Source: Mobula hypostoma (Eukaryota). From it: a stretch of DNA of 64,000 nt. Location: contig NC_086108.1 of the NCBI RefSeq assembly GCF_963921235.1, positions 106,270,001-106,334,000 on the forward strand. Reading direction: 5' to 3'. Below, piece by piece: positions 12,097 to 23,614 of this stretch (within the stretch, counting starts at the first letter, position 1; each line of letters begins with the position of its first letter). The position numbers were made by a program, and so were the translations under genes. The notes beneath the pieces are model-generated. The model did not search any database, had not been told where the DNA came from, and saw only the letters and a list, made by a program, of their open reading frames with translations.

Positions 12097-12329
12097 AAAA
12101 CAACGAAATCTGCCGATGCTGGAAATTCAAGCAACACACACAAAAAATGCTGGTGAATGCAGTAGGCTAGGCAGCATCTATAGGAAAAAGTACAGTCAAC
12201 GTTTTGGACTGAGACCCTTCATCAGGACTAACAAAATACTCTTTGTTAGTCCTGACGAAGTGTCTCGGCTGAAATGTCGACTGTACCTCTTCCTACAGAT
12301 GCTACCTGCATTCACCAGCATTTTTTTTT
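12097..12329. mobile_element. Palindromic mini-Penelope (two inverted pseudo-LTRs)
   Basis: Arms inverted around ~12238; 13-bp TSD TTGGAGTATTGTG at 12084-12096 and 12330-12342. Confidence 0.85.
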
Positions 12330-12878
12330 TTGGAGTATTGTGTGCAGTTCTGGGCTCCTTATTTTAGAAAAAATATACTGACATTGGAGAGGATTCAGAG
12401 AAGATTCACCAGAATGATTCCAGGAATGAAAGGGTTACTGTATGAGCAATATCTGGCAGTACTTGGGCTGTATTCCCTGGGGTTCAGGAGAATGGTGGGG
12501 GGGGGGGATCTCATTGAACCATTCCAAATGATACAAGGCCTGCATGGATTAGATATGGCAAAGTTATTTCCCATGGTAAAGGAGTTTAGGACAAGAGGGC
12601 ACGACTTCAGGATTGAAGGATGTCCATTTAGAACAGAGATGCAGAGAATTTGCTTTAGTCAGAAGATGGTAAATCTGCAGAATTTGTTGCCATGAGTGGC
12701 TGTGGAGGCCAAGTCATTGGGTGCCTTTAAGGCAGAGATAGCTAGGTTCTTGATTAACCAGAGCATCAAAGGATATGGGGAGAAGGCAGGGGAGTGGGGA
12801 TGACTGAAAGAATTGGATCAGCCCATGATTGAATGGGAGCAACCTTAATGACCTACTTCTGCTCCTATATCTTATGGT

Positions 12879-13297
12879 CCGCATGCTGTCGGAGCAGTGC
12901 TGCCAGGATTATCAAGGACACGACCCACCCAGCCAACACACTTTTCGTTCCTCTTCCCTCCGGGAGAAGGCTCAGGAGCTTGAAGACTCGTACAGCCAGA
13001 TTTGGTGACAGCTTCTTTCCAACTGTGATAAGATTGCTGAACGGATCCTGACCCGGATCTGGGCCGTACCCTCCAAATATCCGGACCTGCCTCTCGGTTT
13101 TTTTTGCACTACCTCACTTTCCATTTTTCTATTTTCTATTTATGATTTATAATTTAATTTTTAATATTTACTAATTTTTACTATTTTTAATATTTAATAT
13201 TTGTAATCCAGGCAGTGGGAAGCGCAGAATCAAATATCGCTGTGATGATTGTATGTTCTAGTATCAATTGTTTGGCGACAATAAAGTATAAAGTATA
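12879..13297 (+). mobile_element. Rex1/Babar-like LINE 3' end
   Basis: Near-identical to 3147-3540. Confidence 0.85.
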
Positions 13298-13444
13298 AAA
13301 TAACATTACATCCTTGTTTTTATACTCTAGTCCTCTTGAAATGAATGCTAACTTTACACGAGGTCTCCCAAGTCCGCTTGCATCTCAGCTCCTTCTATTT
13401 TCTCTCCATTTAGAAAATAGTCTACCTTTTTTTACTTATTTGTT

Positions 13445-13690
13445 TAGTCTTACAGTACAGTAACAAGCCCTTCGGGCCCAATGAGTCCATGCTGATCAGT
13501 TCCACCAATGTGACCAATTAATCTGCTGACCCATAGATTTTTGGACTCTGGGAGGAAGTCAGAGCATCCGGAGGAAACCAGCGGGGTCACGGGGTGAACG
13601 GACAAACTGCTCACAGGCAGCAATGGGAATTGAACTCAGGCTGCTGGTGCTGTAACAGCATCACACTAACTGCTACGCCACTGTGCTGCA
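13445..13690 (-). mobile_element. tRNA-derived V-SINE-type SINE
   Basis: Minus strand has a B-box-like GAGTTCAATTCC, V-domain-like CCCCGTGACCCCGCTGGTTTCCTCCGGATGCTC and a CR1-like tail. Confidence 0.65.
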
Positions 13691-13939
13691 CGTTCACTAT
13701 CTCTAAATGAAAATATATCATTTATCTGCTTCCTCAAGCACTTAGGATTCTGATTCTGATGTCAAATACAAGTAAATGTGTCTGGTGAATGACTTTGATC
13801 CTTGCTTTTCAGATGAAATGAATATTTCACCGTAATACACACACAAGGATACTCAGCTAGATAACAGAGCGTTCAGTTTCTAACATGGACTCCTGACTCA
13901 GCTCACACACACGCATACTTTAGTGCGATCACACATGAT

Positions 13940-14822
13940 ATGAAGATAGGTGGATGGGCAGGTAGTTCTGAGGAAGTAGAGGGGCCACAGAAGGACTTGG
14001 ACAGAATAGGAGAATGAGCAAAGAAGTAACAGATAGCATAGTGTCAGGAAGTATGGTCATGCACTTTGGTAGAAGAAATGAAGCGTAGGCTATTTTCTAA
14101 ATGGAGAGAGACTTCCAAAATCGGAGGTGCAACGGGACTTGTGGGTCCTCGTACAGGATTACCTAAAAGTTAATTTGCAGGTTGAGTCAGTGTTAAGGAA
14201 GGCAAATACAATTTTAGCATTCATTTCGAGAGGACCAGAGTATAAAAGCAAGGACATAATGTTGAGGCTTTATAAGACCTCACTTGGAATACCGTGAGCA
14301 GTTATCTAAGAAGGGATGTGCTGGCATTGGAAAGGGTTCAAAGGAGGTTCATGAAAATGATTCTGGATTGAAAGGCTTATCATATGAGGATCATTTGATG
14401 GCTCTGGGCCTGTACTCACTGGAATTCAGAAGAATGAGGGGGGTAATTTCATTGAAACCTATCAAATGTTGAAAGGCCTTGATAGAGTGGATATGGAGAG
14501 GATGTTTCCTCTAGTGGGGGAGTCTAAGACCAGAGGGTAGAGCCTCAGAACAGAGGGACGTCCATTTTGAATGGAGATGGAGAAGAATTTTTTTAGCCAG
14601 AGAGTGGTGAATATGTGGAATTTGTTGCCACAGGTGGCTATGGGGGCCAAGTTGTTGGATATATTTGGCAGAGGTTCATAGATGTTTGATTAGTCAGGGC
14701 ATGAAGGGATACTGGGTGAAGGCAGGAGAAGGCAGAGGAACATGGATCTGCCATGTTGAAATGGTGGAGCAGACTCAATGGGCTAAATGGCTTATTTCTG
14801 CTCCTGTATTTTATGGTCTTAT
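13940..14822 (+). mobile_element. CR1 LINE 3' part
   Basis: Degenerate RT C-terminus (KGLSYED..LGLYSLEFRR) and 3'UTR. Confidence 0.8.
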
Positions 14823-15029
14823 GGACTCTAATTATGCATGCTGGCCAGGGGCAGCATCGTAGCATAAGAGATTAGCGAAAACCTTTACAGTGCCAGCTGT
14901 AAGATCAGTGTTCAATTCCTGCCATAAAGTTCAAAAGTTTAAAGTTCCAAGTGAATTTATTATCAAAGTAGATATATTTCACCATATACAACCCTGAGAT
15001 TAATTTTCTTGTGGACATTCACAGAGGTA

Positions 15030-15935
15030 AGTAATCTTCCAGTAGCCAAGATCAGGGATGTCTCGGATTGGATTGATGGAATTCTAAAGGGGATCCAGAA
15101 GGCTTTGTGCATGTTGGTCTTTGTACAATGTTATAGGTAGGAAAAGGGAGGAGGTCCTGAAGACAGAATTCAGGAAATTAGGTTGAAAGTTGAAAGGCAG
15201 GACAAAGAATCAGTTCAGTGCTAGATCCCGAGAAAAAATTTGTGGAATGCCTACAAGATGCCTTCTTAGAGAAGCTCGTAGTTAAGTCCACTAGGGGAGA
15301 GGCTTTTCTGGATTGGATGCAGCATCTTAAGGAAAAGGAATCGTTAGGAGACAGATCATAATATGATAGATTCACGCTGCAGTTTGAGAGGGAGAAGCTA
15401 AAGTCAGATGTATCAGTGAGGTAAAGGGAAAAACAAAGGCATGGGAGAGGAGTTGGCCAGCGTTGTTTGGAAGGGAATGCTAGCAAAGATGTACAATAAT
15501 GACTGGAGTTTCTGGGAGAAAAACACTTCTAAAGATAGGATGACGCAACTGTGGCTGACAAGGAAAGTCAAAAGCAACCTAAAAGTACAAGTCCAGGCAT
15601 ATAATAGAGTAAAAAATAGTGGAAAGTTAGACAATTGGGAAGCTTTTAAAAACCAACAGAATGCAACTAAAAAAAAACATGAAGAGTGGAAAAATGAAAT
15701 ATGAAAGCAAGAAACCCAATAATATCAAAGAGAATACCAAAGGTTTTTTTCAGATATAAAAGAGAGGTGAGAATAGTTATTGGAGCACTAGATAATGACA
15801 CTGGAGAGGTAGTAGTCAGGGACAAGTAAATTGCCAAGCTGAATAAGTATTTGGAACTGTCCTCACAGTGGAAGGCACTAGCAGTATGTTGAAAATTCGA
15901 TAGTGTCAGGGGGCAGAAGTGAGTGCAATTGCTAT
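15030..15935 (+). mobile_element. Heavily deleted CR1 ORF1/ORF2 remnant
   Basis: Patches similar to 8000-8160, 9040-9630 and 10930-11120. Confidence 0.7.
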
Positions 15936-16032
15936 ACTTTATTAACTTATTTATGCTTTATGGGCTATATGTTTTGTGGGTGTGCCATGGTCTAGTGGAA
16001 CCTCAACCTCGTTGGATAGGAAAGGTTTAGAG

Positions 16033-16112
16033 CAGAGGTTCCAAACACCTTTTAAACCATGGAGGCTTACCATAAACCGAGGGGTCTGTGTTCCCCATGT
16101 TGCGAACCCCTG
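16033..16112. mobile_element. Tiny hAT-like MITE
   Basis: Imperfect terminal inverted repeats CAGAGGTTCCAAACA / TGTTGCGAACCCCTG; related pieces at ~4718-4805 and ~18055-18111. Confidence 0.5.
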
Positions 16113-17035
16113 GGATGAACATGGGCAGATGGGTCTAGCTTGCTAGAGAACACAGTCAGGTTGAAGAGTCTGTTTGCCTTCTGTATCACCCTGTGAGTCC
16201 ATGTATCCCAGCCCACCAATGTGCCTGATGTTCGATCACCTACCAAGGACAACTCTGAACAGTGATAAATGCATTACTGGTCTGCAATGGTTAGATTTGC
16301 AAAATGAATAAATACCACAGAGTGCACTCAAACAAAAGTTGCAGCCAGTGAAATCCCCATCGCCTCACTGAACAACATTAACTCAGTGACACAATCTCCT
16401 GTCAGCTGAGATGTCGTCAGCAGCCAAGTCATGGATATGAACTTCAATTTCAAATTTAAATTCAAGTTTAATTATCATTCAACCATATATGTACACCCAT
16501 GAATACAGCCAACAGAACAGTGTTACTCTGGGGCCAAGGTACAAAACACAGTACCAACAGTCATACACAGCACAAAGCACATATGTATAACACATATAAG
16601 ACAGCAGTAATTATACGATCACACAAATATATATATAGCCCAAGTCCAATAAACAAGGGAATCTGCTTTAAGTCACTGCAGGGAAATGCATTAATTTTAA
16701 TGTGATATGAGGAATGTGTGTTTGCAAACACCAGTTATCTTTCCCAATTAATGTAATTAAAATGAAGAATCTAATCTTATAAGCCAAGTTACTCAAGGTT
16801 CAAAGTAAATTTATTATCAAAGTACATACAGCATATGTCATCGTACATTACCCTAAGGTTAATTTTCATGCAGGCATTCACAGTAGAACGAAGAATCAAT
16901 GAAAAAATACAAAGGCTAACAAGCAACCAATATGCAAATGAAGACAAACAGTGCAAATATAAAACAAACAATAAAATTAAGCGGGTAGGTTAAATGGTCA
17001 TTGTAAGTTGTCCCATGATTGATTAGGTTAGGGTT

Positions 17036-17131
17036 CTGAAGAAGGGTCTCGGCCCGAAATGTTGACTGTTTATTCATTTCCATCAACACTGCCTGACTTG
17101 CTGAGCTCTTCCAGCATTTTGCATGTGTTTC
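17036..17131 (+). mobile_element. 96-bp Penelope pseudo-LTR insertion in a SINE tail
   Basis: Starts at CTGAAGA hammerhead core; 13-bp TSD TTAGGTTAGGGTT at 17023-17035 and 17132-17144. Confidence 0.8.
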
Positions 17132-17559
17132 TTAGGTTAGGGTTAATCAAGTTTGACGAGGGTTTCTGGAGTGGCGTGGCTCGAAGGGCCAGAAGGGCCT
17201 ATTCAGTTCTGTGCTGCTGAATAAATAAATGATGTGTGCTATATACCTATATGCATATATATGCCTTGTGCTGTGTTTCACTGAAAGCACCTTGACCATG
17301 GAGGCTGTTTTGTTTGGCTGTATTTGTGGGCATTCACGTGTGGCTGAATGCCAATTAAACTTGAACTTGAACTAAAATTTAAACTTGATTTGCACAATTT
17401 GTCTTCTTTGGTCAGTCTTTATTTCTGTAATTTATTTCATAAATTCTATTGTATTTTTTTATTTTACTGTGAATGCCTTCAAGAAAATGAATCTCAGGAT
17501 AGTATATGGTAACAGATACGTACTTCGATAATAAATTTACTTTGACTTTGATTTTTCAA

Positions 17560-17800
17560 TGGAGATATTAACTAACCGGCAGTTAGGTGCCACAGTATTG
17601 AAGAAGAGGTCTGGCTAATGCATAATCTTCAGACCACAGCTCCATCTGGTTAGAATCACTTGACGTGGGAGCGGTTTGCCTGCAAGTTGTCTGCTTTGTT
17701 TCCTCTCTTTCAGATCTGACTGCATTTCAAAAATGTCCTAATTTGCTGCAAATGGCTTGGACATCCCGAGGTCAGAACATTTATAAAATAAAAGCACATT
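17560..17800 (+). mobile_element. Ancient Deu-domain SINE relic (DeuSINE-like)
   Basis: Co-linear degenerate match to the remembered consensus: GAAGAAGAG..ATCTGGT..GTGGGAGC..GTTTCCT..TGACTGCATTTCAAAA..GGACATCCCGAGGTC. Confidence 0.55.
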
Positions 17801-18251
17801 TGTTTAAAATCATATGATCAGAAAAGGGAGAAGTTCTCAGGATTGAGCCCACTCTGTCATCAAATTGGGTTACATCTGAACTGTGAGCTGTATCCATTCA
17901 CTGGCCCTGGTTACGTGCACTTGCGATGGTTACAGTCAGAGAGTTGCAGAGGAATAAGAGCATGGGTACAGGCCATTCGGCCCGTGTTGTGAATACTGGC
18001 TATGGTACCCATCAAGCTAAATCCATTGGCTTGTGTTCCCCGTATCACTCTAAACTAGGGATTCCCAACCTAGGGTCCACAGACCCCTTGGTTAAAGGTA
18101 GGAAACTCCTGCTGTCCACAAGAAACTACAGAGTGTGGTCAACAAAACTCAGTACATCACAGAAACAAGTGAGCCTTCCATTTACTCTGTCTACACTTCT
18201 TACTGCCTCACTAAAGCAGCCAGCAAAAGTAAAGATCACCCTGGACAGTCT

Positions 18252-19043
18252 TAAGCACAAAATACTCTGCAGATGCTGGGGTCAAAGCAACACTCACAGC
18301 ACGCTGGAGGAACTCAGCAGGCCGGGCAGCATCCATGGAAACAATCAGTCAACATTTCGAACCGGAACCCTTCATCAGGACTGTAGAGGGAAGGGGCAGA
18401 GGCCCTATAAAGAAGGTGCGGGGAGGGCCGGAAGGAGAAGGCTGGTAGGTTCCAGGTGAAAAACCAGTAAGGGGAAAGATAAAGGGGTGGGGGAGGGGAA
18501 GCAGGGAGGTGATAGGCAGGAAAGGTGAAGAAGGAATAGAGGAAAGCACAATGGGTAGTAGAAGGAGGTGGAACCATGAGGGAGGTGATAGGCAGCTGGG
18601 GGAGGGGGCAGAGTGACATAGGGATAGGGGAAGGGAGGGGGAAGGAATTACCGAAAGTTGGAGAATACTATGTTCATACCAAGGGGCAGGAGACTACCTA
18701 GACGGTATATGAGGTGATGCTCCTCCAACCTGAGTTTAGCCTCATCCTGGCAGTAGAGGAGGCCATGTATGGACATATCCGAATGGGAATGGGAAGCAGA
18801 GTTGAAGTGGGTGGCAACCGGGAGATCCTGTCTGTTGTGGCGGAAGGAGTGGTGGTGCTCGACGAAGCAGTCCCCCAATCTGCGTCGAGTTTCACCGATG
18901 TAGAGGAGGCCGCACCGGGAGCACCGGATGCAATAGATGACCCCAACAGACTCACAAGTGAAGTGTTGCCTCACCTGGAAGGACTGTTTGGGGCCCTGAA
19001 TGGGGGCAAGAGAGGAAGTGTAGGGACAGGGACAGGTGTAGAG
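18252..19043 (-). mobile_element. Penelope-like element, 5'-truncated (GIY-YIG endonuclease plus pseudo-LTR)
   Basis: FTCESVGVIYCIRCSRCGLLYIGET..EH..HFN..GMN in ORF 18648-19115; hammerhead motif ~18346-18383; 14-bp TSD ACCCTGGACAGTCT at 18238-18251 and 19044-19057. Confidence 0.9.
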
Positions 19044-19734
19044 ACCCTGGACAGTCTCTCTTCCCTCATCTCCCATCGGGCAGAAGATACAAAAGCCTGA
19101 TAGCACACACCACAAAGCTCAAGGACAGTTTCCATTGCACTGTTATAAGATTACCCTCGGTGGGAGGAAGTTGCCCATGAGGTCCCTTTTAAATTTTTCC
19201 CCAAGTCACCTCAATCCCATGCCTTCTACATCTTAGTTTTCCTTCCCTGAGGAAAAAGCAATCTGCGTTCAGCAGTCTACGTCCCGAATGGTTTTAAACA
19301 CCTCATAATGTCTGACCTAACTTTGAACTCAGTCAAATGTCCCCAGCATCAATTGTCTTTTTGGTGAGGAGAGAAGAGTTGTCTGAAGTGTTTCTTGGCC
19401 TTAGAGCTGAACCATTCATCCCACATTCAAGTTCAAGTTTAATTGTCACTCAACCATGCACATGTAAGCAGACCAAGAAAACATTCTTGGCCTCACAGCG
19501 CGAACAGTCTCTGTCAGCAGCAGCACACAACACATATAGTTACAAAATAATACTAAAACTTCAAAGCAAATGTATTATCAAAGTACATACATGTCACCAC
19601 ATACAACTCTGAGATTCATTTTCTTGCAGGCATACTCAATAAATCTATAGAATATTAAGTATAACAGAATCAATGAAAGAATGCCCAACTTGGGCATTCA
19701 ACCAAAGTCCTGGGCCAATGCTTGTTCCTTGTTC

Positions 19735-20025
19735 AACATGGTGGGAAAGCTGGTAGAGCTGCTGGCTCACAAAACCAGAGACCCAGTTTCGATCCTGACC
19801 TCCGGTATCGTCTGCGCGTAGTGTACACTATTCTCCCTGTGACCCGATGTGGGTTCCCTCCCACACCTCAAAGACCTGTGGGTTGCCTCTTGTGTGAAGG
19901 TGACTGGTGGAATCTACAGTGTTGCTGAGAAAGGGGAGAGAAAAAAAATAGATGGGATTAGTGCAAATATATTGGTACCCAAATGCTGGTACAAACTCAA
20001 TGGGCCGAAGTGCCTGATACTGCAC
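19735..20025 (+). mobile_element. tRNA-derived V-SINE-type SINE
   Basis: A/B-box-like head (GTTTCGATCC) and TTCTCCCTGTGACC..TGGGTT..CTCCCACA core. Confidence 0.6.
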
Positions 20026-20139
20026 TTTGACTTCTAAGTTCAAAGTAAGCTTATTATCAAAGTATGTATTTGTCAGGATATACTATCTTGAGATTAATTT
20101 TCTTGCAGGCATTCACGGTAGTACAAAGAAATACAAGAG

Positions 20140-20877
20140 TTAAAAATACATGTGGACTGAGATGTTAACTGTCCCGTGCTGTCACCAGTGGGATCATCAG
20201 TTGATCTGCCACCTGTCTTCAGGAGTTTCGGCCCACTTATGATCAAGACTCCCTCGGGGTGGTGGGCCAGCAGTGCTAAAGCACCACCTCCCACTGGTGA
20301 GCTTAAAAACTTGGCATCTGCCTCTGTCAGAGTTGTTGGTCACTTCCATCCAACAGATAGTCTGCTCTTCAGGTGTCTATGTAACTACTGAAGGGTTTGC
20401 AAGATATGTATACACTGTCTGACTATCTGCCCCTCTGCACATACTTGGTCCACACCCACGCTGATCCTTTCTCTGCTGCCTCAGCTACAGCCCTGCTGGT
20501 TGACTTGATCTCTCTTCTAGCGAAGCCAAGATCACGCAGCCACTTCTGGAAGGTGAACGCAATAAACCCACGGCAGCCTACTTCGAATGGATAGCATGAG
20601 ACCTTCCACCCTCTGTCTCTGCACTCTGATCTTAACTCTGCATACTTGGTTAACTTGCACTCATGGGCTTCATCGATGTTGTCTTCCCAGGGGACTGAGA
20701 GTTCACCAATAACCGCTTCTCTACTGGCGTCAGACCACACGATTATATCTGGACGCAATGTGATGAAAGCTATTTGCTCCGGGAAACTGCCTTTCCCGTC
20801 CAGGTCGGCCTTGACACACCAATCATTGGCTGAAGAAAATATGCTTGATCGTGAGCCTGTGCTGTACACCCTTGACT
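20140..20877 (-). mobile_element. Hero-like element family B, 5'-truncated
   Basis: LRPDIIVWS..GELSVPWEDNIDEAH..KLTKY..FEVGCRGF; near-identical inverted copy of 34652-35385. Confidence 0.9.
20182..20300 (-). ncRNA. Putative permuted hammerhead-like structure (Hero B copy 2), core intact
   Basis: Same as 35221-35339; stem II GGCCCAC/GTGGGCC fully paired; predicted cleavage between 20247 and 20246. Confidence 0.72.
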
Positions 20878-20953
20878 TTAGAATCAATGAAAAATTACAC
20901 ACAAACAAAAACTGACAAACAATCAATGCACCAAAGAAGACAAGCTGGGCAAA

Positions 20954-20956
<3 letters not shown>

Positions 20957-20987
<31 letters not shown>

Positions 20988-21053
20988 CTGCGCAAAAGTC
21001 TTGGGCACATATACATATATAGCTAGGGTCATTAAGACTGTTGCACAGTACTG
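20957..21053. mobile_element. (TA)14 microsatellite plus ~70-bp Tc1/mariner-type MITE
   Basis: Imperfect inverted ends CTGCGCAAAAGTCTT / AAGACTGTTGCACAG next to a TA run. Confidence 0.55.
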
Positions 21054-21424
21054 CAAATCAATAAATAATACTGAGAACATGAGTTGTTGAGTCCTTGAAA
21101 GTGAGCCCATAGGTGGTGGAAACAGTTCAGTGTTGAGGTGAGTAAAGTGATCCACTCAGGTTCAGGAACCTCATGGTCGAAGGGTAATAGCTGTTCCTGA
21201 ACCTGGTGATGTGGGACCTAAGGCACTATAGCATATAGATTTGGGGCTGCCAAAACTGATTAATGTCATCGTATATACAGTGCTAATAAGGACAAGTTAC
21301 AAAATATTGATTTCCAACGAGCCCTAATTTTTATTGAAAGAAAGCAATCATTTAAAATGATTTATTAAGTTATTACTACTTGTCTCACTATTTATTTATA
21401 ATACCTATCCTCCATGGCCTATCC

Positions 21425-22680
21425 TCAGGCTGAGTGAGCGAGGGCTTTTCTCTTTGGAGAGATGGAGGATGAGAGGTGACTTGATATAGTTGTACAGATG
21501 ATAAGAGGTGTAGATCAAATGGACGTCCAGATACTTTTTCCCAGGGTGGAAATGGCAAATATGAGGATCATAAAGAGGCGGGAGGAGAGAGAGCAGCGCG
21601 CCTGCGCGTGCGCAGTCCTCCGGTGAAAAATGATATCGTATCTGTTAAATAGGGGCCGTGGACAATTCTGATTTGATGGAGAATGGACGTGAAAGCACAG
21701 AGGAACATCTGGAGAAATTTCTGAAACGCTCGTTCACTGCTGTCGTTACTGCGTGGTCGGGAATCTTTTGGAGGGTAGGCCTCAAAATCCCCGGCTTTGC
21801 CTGCTGTTGGCGACCGAGGTGGAGGTCGAATCATTCGGACAGAGATGGCGCTCAGTACTCGGTGTTGGAGAGCTGATCAGAGCTCGAAGTTTTCGGATGA
21901 CTCAGAGTCGAACTGTCATGACAGGGAGAGTTTTTCTTCCTTCTCCCGTCTGCGTGAGATGTGGGACATTTGAGAGACTTTGAACATTTACTGTGCTCAT
22001 GGACTTCTTCATCAAGTTATGGTATTGTTGCCCTGTTGTAAATATATGTTATAATTATGTGGTTTTGTCAGTTTTTTCAGTCTTGGTCTGTCCTGTGTTT
22101 TGTGATATCACACCGGAGGAAATATTGTATCATTTCTTAATGCATGCATTACTAAATGACAATAAAAGAGGACTACGTGTCTTCATAATCTAATTTTAAG
22201 GTGATTGGAGGAAAGAGGGGATATCCAAGGTAAGTTTTTTTACACAATGAGTGCTGGGTACATGGAGTACATTGCAGGGGTTATTGGTATATCAATCTAA
22301 TCCAAAGAAAAACAAGAGAGATGGGAGATAAGGTTTAAGGTTGTTCTCTATTATTTGTGCACATCTCACATGATGACGTATACATTTCATGTATTTTAAC
22401 ATATAACCCCTAATGAATTATTTAAATAAATAAAGAATTCTAATCATCAACACATTTACAATACTACTCAAATACTAAACACATAACAGCTGTGGTAGAG
22501 GTAGATACATTAGGGGCATTTACAAAAATTTAGAAAGGCACGTGGATGATAGAAAACTGGACGGCTATGTGAGTTGGAAGGGTTAGATTGATCTTGCAGT
22601 AGGTCAAGAGGTCAGCATAACATTGTGGGCTGAATGACCCATATTGTGTTGTACTGTTCTATATTCTATGTTCCTTTCTG
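21425..22680 (+). mobile_element. CR1 3' fragment interrupted by two insertions
   Basis: GLFSLERWRMRGDLI segment resumes at 22191 and again at ~22492; CR1 tail. Confidence 0.7.
21574..22190 (+). mobile_element. Unclassified CpG-rich retroposon-like insertion
   Basis: Interrupts CR1 at TCATAA; GC/CpG-rich 5' half; AATAAA then CATAATCTAAT tail; no recognisable protein. Confidence 0.55.
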
Positions 22681-22944
22681 TATCCAGTAACATTGGGTGG
22701 ATAGAGTATAAATTGGCATCATGATTAGTACAAACTTTGTGGGTCGGAAGGCATGTTCCTGTACTGTGATGTTCTATTTCCTATTTTCTATGTTAACACT
22801 GGAAGTCATTTTATCAACAACAGAGTGGATTGCAGTGGCGGGGGGTGGGGGGGGAGGTTGTTAGAGAAGAAGGTAGTGAATTTGCGAGGAAAACAGTTGT
22901 AAATTAGAGGAGTAGGGAAAGGAAATGACCAGGAATTTGACCAT

Positions 22945-23614
22945 TAACACAAAAGGTTCTGCAGATGCTGGAAATCCCTAGCAACATACACACAAGATGC
23001 TGGAAGAACTCAGCAGATCAGCTAGCATCGATGGAGGGGAATAAACAGTTGATTTTTCAGGCTGAGACCTTTCATCAAGATTGGAAAGGAAGGGGAAGGG
23101 GCACAAAGCCAGAATAAGAAAAGGGAGGGAAGGGGAAGTGTTATGTTTTGTAACTTCAAAAAATTAAATTAATTCAAAAGAAGACACGGGGGTCTGAAAT
23201 GTGGGTCTAACTTTGAGTTTACTTTAAGCGAGGCCCCCCGCAGATCACATGGTAGTGTGAAAACATATGCACTTATGTATTTATAGATATCACCCACAAT
23301 GAATTATTTAAACAAAAAATGTTTAATCAAATATATACAAGATTACTCAAATATTATTAAAATATCAAATACACAACAGAAAGGAATACAGACTGGAAGG
23401 TGATAGGTGAGACCAGGTGAGGGGCAAAGAGGGAAGGTAGGGGAGGGGATAATTAAATGAGAAGCTGGGCGATGATAGGTGGAAGAGGTGAAGAGCTGAA
23501 GAAGAAGTCTGATTGGAGATGAGAGAGGGAGATGAGAGAGGGCCAAGGGAGAATTTGAAAGAGGAGGGACATCAGAGGGAGGTGATAAGCAGGTGAGGAG
23601 AAGGAAAGGAAGGG
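22945..23614 (-). mobile_element. Penelope pseudo-LTR/3'UTR interrupted by a solo LTR and a Gypsy element (continues ~27685-27770)
   Basis: Reverse pseudo-LTR motifs, degenerate hammerhead ~23046-23082, purine-rich UTR. Confidence 0.75.
23139..23378. mobile_element. Solo LTR
   Basis: TGTT...AACA termini, flanks GGAAG/GAAAG; related sequence at ~22280-22488. Confidence 0.6.

Larger units (their letters stand above)
7840..12878 (+). mobile_element. Near full-length degenerate CR1 LINE with nested L1 and Penelope insertions and a foreign CR1 patch
   Basis: ORF1 esterase 7876-8373; APE endonuclease 8520-9138 (YLNARSI, SETW, VYRPP, GDFN) with SDH just downstream; RT 11126-11700; C-terminus 11970-12700; CR1 3'UTR to ~12878. 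Confidence 0.9.

Noticed and set aside
7265..12878. CR1 7265-7838 (minus) as an inverted part of CR1 7840-12878 (plus)
   Set aside because: Each has its own 3' end, so they are better explained as two separate insertions
17926..18459. 177-aa ORF
   Set aside because: Crosses several unrelated repeat fragments; chance open frame
20423..21016. Apparent novel N-terminus fused to the Hero endonuclease
   Set aside because: The N-terminus is read-through of a (TA)n microsatellite and flanking repeat upstream of a 5'-truncated copy
22836..22860. G-rich runs (potential G-quadruplex), also at 27712-27730 and 28076-28090
   Set aside because: Low-complexity G tracts with no supporting context
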